A program made the position numbers and the translations under genes. A DNA stretch of 64,000 nt from NCBI RefSeq assembly GCF_902713615.1, contig NC_052165.1:4188784-4252783 (forward strand), given 5' to 3'. The DNA is from Scyliorhinus canicula (taxonomy: Eukaryota). The notes under the pieces are model-generated. The model was given only the letters and a program-made list of their open reading frames with translations. It was not told where the DNA came from and did not search any database. The first letter of the stretch is position 1; each line of letters begins with the position of its first letter. Shown in pieces: positions 25,849 through 40,090 of the stretch.

Positions 25849-28800
25849 TGGGGGGGTTTAAACTAATTCAGCAGGGGCATGGGAACCTGGATTGTAGTTT
25901 TGGGGTACGGGAGATTGAGAGTAGAGAGGTCAGGAGCACAGATTTGACTTTGCAGGAGGGCGCCAGTGTTCAGGTCGGTGGTTTGAAGTGTGTCTATTTC
26001 AATGCCAGGAGTGTACGAAATAAGGTAGGGGAACTGGCAGCATAGGTTGGTACCTGGGACTTCGATGTTGTGGCCATTTCAGAGACATGGATAGAGCAGG
26101 GACAGGAATGGTTGTTGCAGGTTCCGGGGTTTAGGTGTTTTAGTAAGGTCAGAGAAGGGGGCAAAAGAGGGGGAGGTGTGGCGCTGCTAGTCAAGGACAG
26201 TATTACGGTGGCAGAAAGGATGCAAGATGGGGACTCTTCTTCCGAGGTAGTATGGGCTGAGGTTAGAAACAGGAAAGGGCTAGGGCCTGGGGACATACTT
26301 TGGCCGCCGTTGTTTCCGCTGTGGCTGTTTTGTTCCAACTTTTTCAACTTCGACATGTGTGTTATGTATGCTGGTTTTCTGTTTGCTCTGTTTACGGGTG
26401 GGTTTGTTTGTTGGGCATGATTGTGGGTTAGGTGGGGAGTGTTGGGGGTTTGTGTTCTATATGTTCTCTTCTGTACGGGGCTGGGGATTGAGGGGAAACT
26501 GGATTTTGGGGAACTGCGTCAGAAGGGCGGGGTGTGGCAGTGTGAATGCGCGGGCTTTCCTCTGGTTTCCCGCGCTGCGGGGCAGGGGGGTGGAGCTTTT
26601 TGATGGGGGCGGGGCCTCTAAGGGTCTTTTTTCCCCGCGCTGCAGCAATGCCAAGGAGGTGTGGCAAGAGGGGGATGACCCCAAGCCGGGAGGGGATAGG
26701 TTTTGGCGGGAGCTGCCGGGGTCAGCAGAAGTCAGCTGACTCACGGAAGTACCATGGAGGGTGCGTCGCGGCTAGGAGGGGTCCTAGCCTGGGGGGGTGG
26801 GGTGGGGGGGGGGGATACCGGGTTGCTGCTGGAACGACTAGGAAGGAGCCGATGGGGGCCGGGGGGGGAAGAGGAGAGGCGCTATCGCCATGGGGAACGG
26901 GTCGAGCGGGGTGTGCTGGCCTGGGGCGAACATCTGCCAAGCTATGGCGGGGGAGGGGGGCAGGTTGCCCTCTGATCCGGCTGATTACCTGGAATGTGAG
27001 GGGGCTGAACGGGCCGCTTAAGAGAACCAGGGTGTTCTCCCATTTAAGGGGGTTGAAGGCGGACGTGGCTATGCTCCAGGAGACCCACCTGAAGGTGGCG
27101 GACCAGGTCCGTCTGAGGGAGGGGTGGGTGGGGCAGGTTTATCATTCAGGATTGGATGCGAAGAACCGGGGGATGGCGATTCTAGTGGGGAAGAGGGTGG
27201 CGTTTGAGGTGGCTGAGGTGGTGTCGGACAAGGAGGGCAGATACATCATGGTGAGGGGTAGGCTGCAGGGAGAGAAGGTGGTGCTGGTGAACGTATATGC
27301 CCCGAATTGGGATGATGCTGGTTTCATGAGGCGATTGTTGGGCCGCATCCCGGACCTGGAGGCAGGGGGCCTGATCATGGGGGGGAGATTTTAAAACAGT
27401 GCTGGATCCCACACTGGACCGGTCCAGTTCAAGGACGGGTAGGAGACCGGCGGCGGCCAAAGTGCTGAGGGGATACATGGACCAGATGGGAGGGGTGGAT
27501 CCCTGGAGGTTTGGGAGACCGAGGGCGCGGGAGTATTCCTTTTTCTCTCACGTCTATAGGGTTTATTCCCGGATAGACTTTTTTTGTCCTGAGCAGGGGA
27601 TTTATCCCGAGGGTGCAGGATGCCGAGTATTCGGCCATAGCGATTTCGGACCATGCCCCGCACTGGGTTGATCTGGAGATGGGGGAGGCACGGGACCAGC
27701 GCCCGCTCTGGCGCCTGGATGTGGGGATGCTGGCGGAGGAGGAGGTGTGTAGGAGGGTCCGGGGAAGTATTGAGGGGTATCTTGATACCAACGATACGGG
27801 GGAGGTCCAGGTGGGGATGGTCTGGGAGACTCTGAAAGCAGTGATCCGGGGGAGCTGATCTCCATCCGGGCGCACAGGGAAATGAAGGAGAGGGAGAGAC
27901 TGGTGGGGGATCTCCTGGATGTGGACAGGAGATACGCGGAGGCACCGGAGGAAGGGTTGCTGGGAGAACGGCGCAGGCTGCAGGCCAATTTTGACTTGTT
28001 GACCACCAGAAAGGCGGAGACACAGTGGAGGAGGTCGCAGGCCGCGGTATATGAGTATGGAGAGAAGGCGAGCAGGATGTTGGCGCATCAGCTCTGTAGG
28101 CGAGATGCGGCTAGGGAAATTGGGGGAGTGAAGGATGGGGGTGGAACTGTAGTGCAGAAGGGGACAGAAGTAAACGGGGTCTTTAGGGACTTTTACGAGG
28201 GATTGTACCGGTCGGAACCTCCGAGGGGGAGAGGGGATGGAGAGCTTCATGAACAGGCTATGTTTCCCAAGGGTTCAAGAGAGGCTGGTACAGGGGCTGG
28301 GGGCGCCGATAGAGTTGGAGGAGCTAGTCAGGGGGATCGGGCAAATGCAGTCAGGTAAGGCCCCGGGGCCGGACGGGTTCCCGGCAGAATTTTACAAAAA
28401 ATATGTGGACCTGGTGGGTCCCCTGCTGGTGCGAACTTTCAATGAGGCGTGGGAGGGGGGAGGGGGGGGGGGGGGGGGGGGGGGGGGGCTTTTCCCCCGA
28501 CGATGTCGCGGGCACTGATCTCTTTGATCCTAAAACGGGATAAGGACCCCTTGCAGTGCGGATCATATAGGCCTATCTCGCTCCTTAACGTAGACGCTAA
28601 GTTGCTGGCGAAGATCCTGGCTACCAGGATAGAGGATTGTGTGCCAGGGGTGATACATTAGGATCAGACAGGATTTGTCAAGGGGCGGCAGCTCAACACG
28701 AATGTGCGGAGACTGCTCAATGTTATTATGATGCCGGCAGTGGAGGGGGAGGCGGAGATAGTGGTTGCTGCTGGAACGACTAGGAAGGAGCCGATGGGGG

Positions 28801-31800
28801 CCGGGGGGGGGAAGAGGAGAGGCGCTATCGCCATGGGGAACGGGTCGAGCGGGGTGTGCTGGCCTGGGGCGAACATCTGCCAAGCTATGGCGGGGGAGGG
28901 GGGCAGGTTGCCCTCTGATCCGGCTGATTACCTGGAATGTGAGGGGGCTGAACGGGCCGCTTAAGAGAACCAGGGTGTTCTCCCATTTAAGGGGGTTGAA
29001 GGCGGACGTGGCTATGCTCCAGGAGACCCACCTGAAGGTGGCGGACCAGGTCCGTCTGAGGGAGGGGTGGGTGGGGCAGGTTTATCATTCAGGATTGGAT
29101 GCGAAGAACCGGGGGATGGCGATTCTAGTGGGGAAGAGGGTGGCGTTTGAGGTGGCTGAGGTGGTGTCGGACAAGGAGGGCAGATACATCATGGTGAGGG
29201 GTAGGCTGCAGGGAGAGAAGGTGGTGCTGGTGAACGTATATGCCCCGAATTGGGATGATGCTGGTTTCATGAGGCGATTGTTGGGCCGCATCCCGGACCT
29301 GGAGGCAGGGGGCCTGATCATGGGGGGGAGATTTTAAAACAGTGCTGGATCCCACACTGGACCGGTCCAGTTCAAGGACGGGTAGGAGACCGGCGGCGGC
29401 CAAAGTGCTGAGGGGATACATGGACCAGATGGGAGGGGTGGATCCCTGGAGGTTTGGGAGACCGAGGGCGCGGGAGTATTCCTTTTTCTCTCACGTCTAT
29501 AGGGTTTATTCCCGGATAGACTTTTTTTGTCCTGAGCAGGGGATTTATCCCGAGGGTGCAGGATGCCGAGTATTCGGCCATAGCGATTTCGGACCATGCC
29601 CCGCACTGGGTTGATCTGGAGATGGGGGAGGCACGGGACCAGCGCCCGCTCTGGCGCCTGGATGTGGGGATGCTGGCGGAGGAGGAGGTGTGTAGGAGGG
29701 TCCGGGGAAGTATTGAGGGGTATCTTGATACCAACGATACGGGGGAGGTCCAGGTGGGGATGGTCTGGGAGACTCTGAAAGCAGTGATCCGGGGGAGCTG
29801 ATCTCCATCCGGGCGCACAGGGAAATGAAGGAGAGGGAGAGACTGGTGGGGGATCTCCTGGATGTGGACAGGAGATACGCGGAGGCACCGGAGGAAGGGT
29901 TGCTGGGAGAACGGCGCAGGCTGCAGGCCAATTTTGACTTGTTGACCACCAGAAAGGCGGAGACACAGTGGAGGAGGTCGCAGGCCGCGGTATATGAGTA
30001 TGGAGAGAAGGCGAGCAGGATGTTGGCGCATCAGCTCTGTAGGCGAGATGCGGCTAGGGAAATTGGGGGAGTGAAGGATGGGGGTGGAACTGTAGTGCAG
30101 AAGGGGACAGAAGTAAACGGGGTCTTTAGGGACTTTTACGAGGGATTGTACCGGTCGGAACCTCCGAGGGGGAGAGGGGATGGAGAGCTTCATGAACAGG
30201 CTATGTTTCCCAAGGGTTCAAGAGAGGCTGGTACAGGGGCTGGGGGCGCCGATAGAGTTGGAGGAGCTAGTCAGGGGGATCGGGCAAATGCAGTCAGGTA
30301 AGGCCCCGGGGCCGGACGGGTTCCCGGCAGAATTTTACAAAAAATATGTGGACCTGGTGGGTCCCCTGCTGGTGCGAACTTTCAATGAGGCGTGGGAGGG
30401 GGGAGGGGGGAGGGGGGGGGGGGGGCTTTTCCCCCGACGATGTCGCGGGCACTGATCTCTTTGATCCTAAAACGGGATAAGGACCCCTTGCAGTGCGGAT
30501 CATATAGGCCTATCTCGCTCCTTAACGTAGACGCTAAGTTGCTGGCGAAGATCCTGGCTACCAGGATAGAGGATTGTGTGCCAGGGGTGATACACTAGGA
30601 TCAGACAGGATTTGTCAAGGGGCGGCAGCTCAACACGAATGTGCGGAGACTGCTCAATGTTATTATGATGCCGGCAGTGGAGGGGGAGGCGGAGATAGTG
30701 GTGGCGCTGGACGCAGAGAAAGCGTTTGATAGAGTTGAGTGGGGGTACCTGTGGGAGGTGCTGGAGAGGTTTGGATTTGGGGAGGGATTCATCAAATGGG
30801 TGAGGCTGCTTTACGCGGCGCCGATGGCGAGTGTAGTCACAAATGGAAGGAGATCGGAGTATTTTAGGCTTTATCGTGGGAGCAGGCAGGGGTGTCCCCT
30901 GTCCCCCCTGCTCTTTGCACTGGCGATTGAACCGCTGGCCATGGCGTTGAGGGAGTCAGGGAAGTGGAGGGGTCTGGTGCGGGGTGGGGAGGAGTACCGG
31001 GTATCGCTGTATGCGGACGACCTGCTGTTATATGTGGCGGACCCAGAGGAGGGAATGCCGGGGGTGATGGAGCTGTTAGCGGAATTTGGGGGTTTCTCGG
31101 GCTATAAGCTGAACTTAGGAAAGAGCGAGGTATTTGTAGTGCACCCGGGAGATCAGGAGGAGGGAATTGGGAGGCTCCCCTTCAGGAGGGCAGTGAAGAG
31201 TTTCAGGTACCTGGGGGTGCAGCTGGCCAGGAGTTGGGGGGCTCTTCATAAACTTAACTTCACCAGACTAGTGGAACAAATGGAGGAGGAATTTAAAAGG
31301 TGGGACATGGTGCAGCTATCGCTGGCGGGCAGAGTGCAATCCGTCAAAATGACGGTTCTCCCAAGGTTCTTGTTCCTCTTCCAGTGCTTGCCCATCTTTA
31401 TCCCTAGGGCCTTTTTTAAAAGGGTGACCAGCAGCATCATGGGATTTGTTTGGGCGCATGGCAACCGAGGGTGAAGAGGGTCTTCTTGGAGCGGAGTAGA
31501 GATGGGGGGGGGCTGGCGTTGCCCAACCTCTCGAGGTACTACTGGGCGGCCAACGTGTCGATGGTGCGAAAGTGGGTGATGGAGGGGGAGGGGGCAGCAT
31601 GGAAACGGATGGAGAGAGCGTCCTGTGGGGATACAAGCCTGGGGGCCCTGGTAACGGCGCCGTGGCCACTCCCTCCCACGAGGTATACCACGAGTCCGGT
31701 GGTGGCGGCTACCCTCAAGATTTGGGGGCAGTGGAGGCGACATAGGGGAGAAGTGGGGGGCTCGATGGAGGCTCCGTTAGGGGGGAACAATAGGTTCGTC

Positions 31801-32723
31801 CCGGGGAACATGGATGGGGGATTTAGGGGATGGTATAGAGCGGGCATTAGACAGCTGAGGGACCTGTTTATCGACGGAAGGTTTGCGAGCCTGGGGGAGT
31901 TGGAGGAGAAATTTGGGCTCCCGCCGGGAAACATGTTTAGATATCTGCAGGTAAAGGCATTTGCTAGACGGCAGGTGGAGGGATTCCCTGCGCTCACCGC
32001 GAGGGGGATGAGTGACAGGGTGCTCTCGGGGGTCTGGGTCGGGGAGGGGAAGATATCCGATATCTACAAGCTTATGCAGGAGGTGGAAGAGGCGTCAGTA
32101 GAGGAGCTGAAAACGAAGTGGGAGGGGGAACTGGGGGAACAGATCGAAGACGGGACATGGGCTGATGCCCTGGAGAGGGTAAATTCTTCCTCCTCGTGTG
32201 TGCGGCTTAGCCTCATCCAATTCAAGGTGCTGCATAGGGCCCACATGACTGGGACGAGGATGAGTAGGTTCTTTGGGGGTGAAGATAGGTGTGTCAGGTG
32301 CTCGGGGAGTCCAGCGAACCATGCCCATATGTTCTGGGCATGCCCGGAATTAGAGGAGTTCTGGAAGGGGGTGGCGAGGACGGTGTCAAGGGTGGTGGTG
32401 TCAAGGGTGGTGGGATCCAGGGTCAAGCCAGGATGGGGACTCGCGATCTTTGGGGTTGGGGTAGAGCCGGGAGTGCAGGAGGCGAAAGAGGCCGGTGTGC
32501 TGGCCTTTGCGTCCCTAGTAGCCCGGCGAAGGATTTTGCTACAGTGGAAGGACGCGAGGCCCCCAGGCGTGGAGACCTGGATCAATGACATGGCGGGTTT
32601 CATTAAGCTTGAGAAGGTTAAATTCGCCCTGAGAGGATCGGTGCAAGGGTTCTTTAAACGGTGGCAACCGTTCCTCAACTTTCTGGCTCAACGATAGGGT
32701 ACTGGGACAGTAGCAACAGCAAC

Positions 32724-32759
<36 letters not shown>

Positions 32760-35579
32760 CGGGGGGGTGGAACGTTGATTATGTTTGCTTATTTTATTTA
32801 AATTTGATTTATTTAATTTTAATTTATGGTTAAGTTCTCTTGTTGGGGGGGGGGGAGTGTGATACATGTGATGTTACGGTATGGGGGGAATTGTGGGTGT
32901 TATGGGGCTGTTAGTTGCATATTACTGCTTGTTGCTATACTTGTTGTTATATTTTTATATTTTCTGTAAAAATTCCAATAAAAATTATTTGAAAAAAAAA
33001 AGAAACAGTAAAGGAGAGGTCACACTGCTGGGAGTTTTCTATAGGCCACCTAATAGTTCTAGAGATGTAGAGGAAAGGATGGCGAAGATGATTCTGGAAA
33101 AGAGCGAAAGTAACAGGGTAGTTGTTATGGGAGACTTTAACTTTTGTAATATTGACTGGAAAAGATATAGTTCGAGTACATTGGATGGGTCGTTCTTTGT
33201 ACAATGTGTGCAGGAGGGTTTTCTGACACAATATGTTGACAGGCCAACAAGAGGTGAGGCCACATTGGATTTGGTTTTGGGCAATGAACCAGGCCAGGTG
33301 TTAGATCTGGATGTAGGTGAACACTTTGGAAACAGTGACCACAATTCGGTGACCTTTACATTAGTGATGGAAAGGGATAAGTATACCCCGCAGGGCAAGA
33401 GTTATAGCTGGGGGAAGGGCAATTATGACGCCATTAGACATGACTTAGGATGTGTAGGTTGGAGAAGTAGGCTGCAAGGGTTGGGCACACTGGATATGTG
33501 GAGCTTGTTCAAGGAACAGCTATTGCGTGTTCTTGATCAGTACGTACCAGTCAGACAGGGAGGAAAGGGTAGAGCGAGGGAACCGTGGTTTACCAAAGAA
33601 GTGGAATCTCTTGTTAAGAGGAAAAAGGAGGCCTATGTGAAGATGAGGCGTGAAGTTTCAGTTGGGGCGCTTGAGAGTTACAGGGAAGCGAGGAAGGATC
33701 TAAAGAGAGAGCTAAGACGAGCAAGGAGGGGACATGAGAAGTCTTTGGCAGGTAGGATCAAGGAAAACCCAAAAGCTTTCTATAGGTATGTCAGGAATAA
33801 AAGAATGACTAGGGTAAGAGTAGGGCCAGTCAAGGACAGTGGTGGGAAGTTGTATGTGGAGGCTGAGGAGATAAGCGAGATACTAAATGAATACTTTTCG
33901 TCAGTATTCACTCAGGAAAAAGATAATATTGTGGAGGAGAATGCTGAGACCCAGGCTATTAGAATAGATGGCATTGAGGTGCGTAGGGAAGAAGTGTTGG
34001 CAATTCTGGACAAGGTGAAAATAGATAAGTCCCCGGGGCCTGATGGGATTTATCCTAGGATTCTCTGGGAAGCCAGGGAAGAGATTGCTGAGCCTTTGGC
34101 TTTGATTTTTAGGTCATCATTGGCTACAGGAGTAGTGCCAGAGGACTGGAGGATAGCAAATGTGGTCCCTTTGTTCAAGAAGGGGAGTAGAGATAACCCC
34201 GGTAACTATAGGCCGGTGAGCCTAACGTCTGTGGTGGGTAAAGTCTTGGAGAGGATTATAAAAGATACGATTTATAATCATCTAGATAGGAATAATATGA
34301 TTAGGGATAGTCAGCATGGTTTTGTGAAGGGTAGGTCATGCCTCACAAACCTTATCGAGTTCTTTGAGAAGGTGACTGAACAGGTGGACGAGGGTAGAGC
34401 AGTTGATGTGGTGTATATGGATTTCAGTAAAGCGTTTGATAAGGTTCCCCACGATCGGCTATTGCAGAAAATACGGAGGCTGGGGATTGAGGGTGATTTA
34501 GAGATGTGGATCAGAAATTGGCTAGTTGAAAGAAGACAGAGAGTGGTGGTTGATGGGAAATGTTCAGAATGGAGTTCAGTTACGAGTGGCGTACCACAAG
34601 GATCTGTTCTGGGGCCGTTGCTGTTTGTCATTTTTATAAATGACCTAGAGGAGGGCGCAGAAGGATGGGTGAGTAAATTTGCAGACGACACTAAAGTCGG
34701 TGGAGTTGTAGACAGTGCGGAAGGATGTTACAGGTTACAGAGGGACATAGATAAGCTGCAGAGCTGGGCTGAGAGGTGGCAAATGGAGTTTAATGTGGAG
34801 AAGTGTGAGGTGATTCACTTTGGAAAGAATAACAGGAATGAGGAATATTTGGCTAATGGTAAAATTCTTAGTAGTGTGGATGAGCAGAGGGATCTCGGTG
34901 TCCATGTACATAGATCCCTGAAAGTTGCCACCCAGGTTGATAGGGTTGTGAAGAAGGCCTATGGTGTGATGGCCTTTATTGGTAGAGGGATTGAGTTCCG
35001 GAGCCATGAGGTCATGTTGCAGTTGTACAAAACTCTAGTACGGCCGCATTTGGAGTATTGCGTACAGTTCTGGTCGCCTCATTATAGGAAGGACGTGGAA
35101 GCTTTGGAATGGGTGCAGAGGAGATTTACCAGGATGTTGCCTGGTATGGAGGGAAAATCTTATGAGGAAAGGCTGATGGACTTGAGGTTGTTTTCATTAG
35201 AGAGAAGAAGGTTAAGAGGTGACTTAATAGAGGCATACAAAATGATCAGAGGGTTAGATAGGGTGGACAGCGAGAGCCTTCTCCCGCGGATGGAGGTGGC
35301 TAGCATGAGGGGACATAGCCTTAAATTGAGGGGTAATAGATATAGGACAGAGGTCAGAGGTGGGTTTTTTACGCAAAGAGTGGTGAGGCCGTGGAATGCC
35401 CTACCTGCAACAGTAGTGAACTCGCCAACATTGAGGGCATTTAAAAGTTTATTGGATAAGCATATGGATGATAAGGGCATAGTGTAGGTTAGATGGCCTT
35501 TAATTTTTTTCCATGTCGGTGCAACATCGAGGGCCGAAGGGCCTGGACTGCGCTGTATCGTTCTATGTTCTATGTTCTA
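25849..35579 (+). mobile_element. CR1/HER1 LINE ORF2 (APE+RT) split by an L1 insertion: 25849-26278 and 33001-35579
   Basis: 5' piece YFNARS..AISETW..RGGGVALLVK..VWAEVRNRK continues as GEVTLLGVFYRPP..GDFN..SDH..QGSVLGP..FADD to stop 35487; (TTCTATG)n tail; one premature TAG at 26043-26045. Confidence 0.93.
26279..33000 (+). mobile_element. L1-clade LINE lacking ORF1, with disrupted ORF2 and a 1.94-kb internal tandem duplication
   Basis: ITWNVRGLN, LQETHL, YADD and CCHC motifs; AATAAA 32977 plus A-tail; TSD AGAAACAG(G/T)AAAGG at 26265-26278 and 33001-33014. Confidence 0.93.
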
Positions 35580-38500
35580 GATTCACACAAGCTGATCATG
35601 GAGGGGGGGGGATTTCAACACAGTCCTCGTCCCCGGGCTAGACCAGTCATGCTCCAGAACGGGTAGGCTCCCAGCGATGGCAAGGGAACTGAGGGGGATC
35701 ATGGAGCAGATGGGGGGGAGGGGGGGGGGGGGGGGGGGGGGTAGATCCATGGAGAGCCAGACGGCCGACGGGGAGGGAATATTCGTTCTACTCGCATGTT
35801 CACAAAGTATATTCTAGAATTGATTTCTTCATCATGAGCAGGGACTGTGTAGGTGGGGTAAAAAATACAGAGTACTCGGCGATCACCATCTCGGATCATG
35901 GCCCACACTGAGTTACCAACGGCCGCAATGGAGGTTGGACGTAGGATTGCTAGCGGAGGAGGGGGTGTGCGAGAGACTACGGAAATGTATGCAGGACTAC
36001 CTGCAGGTTAATGACACAGAGGAAGCCTCAGCAGCGACCCTGTGGGAGGCGCTGAAGACAGTGGTAAGGGGGGGAGCTGATTTCAATCCGGGCCCACAGA
36101 GATAGAACGGACAGAGCAGAAACAAACAGACTGGTCAAGGAGATTCACCGGACAGATAGGGAATACGCAGAGGCCCCAAGGGAGGACCTAGTTTGAGATA
36201 GACGGAGTCTGCAGGCCGAGCTGGGAGTGTTGTCCATGAGCAAAGCCGTGGAACAACTCAGGAACGCAACGGGGTGGTATATGAGCATGGGGGAGAAAGC
36301 TAGTAGAATGCTTGCGCAGCAACTCAGGAGGACGGAGGCGGCCAGAGAAATAGGCATGGTAGTGGACAGTATAGGGAACAGAGTGGAGGACCCATCAGGA
36401 CTGAACAAGGTGTTTCGGGAGTTCGATAGCAAGCAGTATACCTCGGAACCCCCTGAGGAGTCGGGGGAGATGAAGCGCTTCTTAGACGGACTGACCTTCC
36501 CAAAAGTGGGTAGGGGGCTGGTAGACGGACTGGGGGCCCCGATTACAGCTGAGGAAGTACTGGGGGGGTTGAAGGCGATGCAGTCGGGTAAATCCCCGGG
36601 GCCGGAAGGATACCCAGTGGAGTTCTACAAAAAGTTCTCAGAGATAGTGGGGCCGGTGCTGACTAGGGTATTTAACGAGACGAGGAACAGAGGGACACTA
36701 CCCCTGACGATGTCACAGGCTACCATTTCGCTGATATTAAAACGGGATAAAGACCCGGAAGTGTGTGGGTCATACAGACCAACCTCACTGATCAGCGTCA
36801 ACACCAAGCTTCTGGCTAAGGTTTTGGCGCTTAGAATCGAGGACTGTATTCAGGAGGTGATCGGGGAAGACCAAACAGGGTTTGTGAAAGGCAGACAGCT
36901 GGTAGCCAACTTGAGAAGACTACTCAACGTGATCATGATGCCCCCGGAGGGCAGAGAGGTAGAGGCAGTGTTGGCAATGGACGCCGAGAAGGCCTTTGAC
37001 CGGGTGGAGTGGGACTATTTGTGGGAGGTACTCGAACGGTTCAGGTTCGGTGAGGGCTTTATCGACTGGGTCAGACTATTGTACCAGGCCCCAAAAACAT
37101 TGGACTATTTTAGACTACACCGGGGGACCAGACTGGGATGTCCACTCTCCCCATTGCTGTTTTCACTGGCCATAGAACCTCTGGCGATTGCCCTGAGAGC
37201 TGCGAGGGGGTGGAAGGGAATGATTAGGGGAGGGGTGGAACAGAGGGTCTCGCTGTACGCGGATGACCTGCTCCTGTACGTATCGGACCCGCTGGCCAGG
37301 ATGGACAGTATACTAGGAATATTGAGAGAATTTGGCAGGTTTTCAGGGTACAAACTGAACATGACTAAGAGTGAGATGTTTGTAGTGCAGGCGAGGGGCA
37401 GGAGAATAGGTTGAAGAGCTGCCATTTAGGTTGGTTGGAGAAAGTTTCCGATCCTTGGGGATAGAGACTGGGGCAGGCTACATCAGGCTAAATTTGACTA
37501 GAGTGACGAACAAATGAAGAGGGAGTTTCGGAGATGGGATGCACTCCCGCTATCACTTGCGGGGAGAGTGCAGACGGTAAAGATGACAATCCTCCCAAGA
37601 TTCCTGTTTATTTTTCAGTGCCTCCCAATTTTCAACCTGCGGTCCTTCTTCAAAAGGGTCAACAAGATTATTATGGGCTTTGTCTGGTTGGGAAAGTCCC
37701 CGCGGGTGAAGAAAGCGATGCTCGAGAGGAACCGTAGCGAGGGGGGGCTGGCGCTGCCGAACCTTAGCAACTACTACTGGGCGGCGAACATAGCCCTGGT
37801 AAGCAGTTGGATGGTGGATACGGGGTCTATTTGGGGACGAGTGGAGGTGGCTTTGTGCGGGGAGCCTTGGTTTGACAGCCCTGGTCTAGGCCCCTCCTAC
37901 CGCTCCCGCCGGCCAGGTACTCCACCAGCCTGGTAGTGGTGGCAGCCCTGCGGATCTGGGGCGAGTGGAGGAAACATGTAGGGGAGGTGTGAGCACCTGT
38001 CTGGTCTCCAATATGCGACAACCACCGATTCGCTCCCGGGAGCATGGACGGTGGATTCCGAGCATGGCGGTGGGCGGGGGTGGGAAGGGTGGGCGATATG
38101 TTCTTGGGGGGGGGAGCTTCGCGAGCATAAGGGCCTTGGAGGAGAAATTCGGACTAGTAAGGGGGAATGACTTTACATACTTGCAAGTGAGTGACTTCAT
38201 ACGTAGGCAGGTCCCATCCTTCCCACGCCTCCCGCCAAATGGGATCCAGGACAGAGTAGTTTCCAGGGGAGAGGTAGGAGAGGGGAAAGTCTCGGATATT
38301 TACCAAGAACTCATGAAAGGGGAGGAGTCCCAGACAGAGGAACTGAAGCTCAAGTGGAAGGAGGAGCTCGGCGAGGGGATGGAGGGGGGGGGGGGGGGGG
38401 GGTATGGGCAGAAGCCCTGAGTAGGATAAATTCAACTGCAACATGTGCTAGGCTCAGCCTGATTCAGTTCAAGGTCGTCCACTGGGCCCACATGATGGTG

Positions 38501-39097
38501 GCCCGGATGAGCACATTTTTTGGGGTGGAAGACAAGTGTGCTAGATGTGCTAGGGGACCAGCGAATCGCGTCCACATGTTTTGGGCATATCCAAAACTTA
38601 GGAGATACTGGGAGGGATTTGCGGACGTCATGTCCCAGGTACTGAAAACTAGGGTGGTGATGAGTTCCAGTAGTGGCAATTTTTGGGGTCACGGAAGACC
38701 CGGAGGTTCAGGAGAGAATGAGGCCGACGTCTTGGCCTTTGCTTCCCTGGTAGCCCGGCGACGCATACTGTTGGCATGGAGAGACTCAAAGCCCCCGAAG
38801 ACCGAATTATGGCTATCGGACATGTCGAGCTTTCTTGGTCTGTAAAAAAATAAGTTTGCCTGGAGAGGATCGTTGTCAGGGTTCGCCCGAAGGTGGCAAC
38901 CATTCATCGACTTCTTTGCGGGGAATTAAACATCAGCGGGATGGGGGGAGTAGAATAGGGGGGATAAATAGGCGGGTACTGTTTATGAGAGAGGTTTGGT
39001 TATTTGCACTGTTTTTGGTGATATTTGCACATTACTGTACACTGTAACTGTTTACAATACCAAAAATACCTCAATAAAATTGTTTATTAAAAAAAAA
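35580..39097 (+). mobile_element. 5'-truncated degenerate L1-clade LINE (different subfamily)
   Basis: Starts within the endonuclease (HKLIM..GDFNTV); RT ORF 36227-37414 with DAEKAFD and YADD; CARC..HMFW; AATAAA and A-tail 39089-39097. Confidence 0.88.
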
Positions 39098-40040
39098 GGA
39101 AGCTTGTTCCTGCACTACATCTACTCTTGGTTCAATAGTTACAGCACTGTTGCCCTTTTCCCCGGTTAGCTTTTCTTAAAATCCAGTGGTGATCTCCTCC
39201 CTGAGAATTTAGAAGCAGTTTAGGAAGCATTCCAGCTCTTTTCCCTACTTTCACTAGCTCCTATTTGCAAGAATCATCTTTTGCTAACTGGACTCGACAT
39301 TTAAATCTTGGGAGGGGAAGGGCCTGGAGAGGTTTGGGGACCTGTTCGCAGAGGGGCGGTTTGCTGAGTTTTAGGGAGTTTGCTGAGAAATTCCAGCTGC
39401 CCAATTCCAGTCTTTTTAGGTATTTCCAAATTTGTGGTTTTTCGAGTAAAGCTTTTACCTTTCCTTTGGTGCCACCCTCTTCCCAGATGGAGAAGATTCT
39501 GTCTCTTGCTAGGCCTGACAGGAGGGCCTATTTCGGATCTATATGGTCATATTGTTTCAATGGATTCTGCTCCATTGAGTGGTGCAAGGGCGAGATGGGT
39601 GAATTAGATCCCATTCTTAGTGGTGAGGTGTGGAGTGAGACCCTTCATAAGGTCTTACCTGGTGTTGAGGATGGGTGTGATTGCTGTTCTCATGGGCCAG
39701 CTAACTATACGCATATGTTCTGGTCCTGCCCTAAACTTACAGGCTTCTGGGCTTCATTCTTTAACACCATATCGGAGATAATCCGTGTAGATTTGGATCA
39801 GTGGCCATTTTCGGGGTGTCGGATTCGCCGGTGATACAGCCTGCGGTGAAGGTGGATGTCCTCACCTTTGCCTCGTTGATAGTTCGGAGATGAATATTAC
39901 TGTTTGGAGGTCTCCCACGCTCTCCCAATGCCCCAGCTTGTCTGGTGACCTAATGTCATTTCTGCACTTGCAGAAGATCATAACTTCTTTCATTTTGTGA
40001 GCGGGGGTAAGGAAGTTAACTTGTGAAACTGAATGAGACT
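39098..40040 (+). mobile_element. Older L1 3' remnant
   Basis: NPVVISSLRI, FRYFQI, CDCC..ANYTHMFWSCPKL..FW motifs. Confidence 0.7.
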
Positions 40041-40090
40041 GAAATATACTGAATGGCAGCGTATGCATCTTGTTGATTGAAGTCTTTGCT

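Noticed and set aside
27391-30193. Duplicated 210-273 aa minus-strand ORFs
   Set aside because: Antisense shadows of GC-rich L1 ORF2, duplicated with the element.
32881-35487. 868-aa ORF as a domesticated host gene
   Set aside because: CR1 ORF2 remainder with about 40 N-terminal residues from the L1 3' UTR and A-tail; normal CR1 tail follows.
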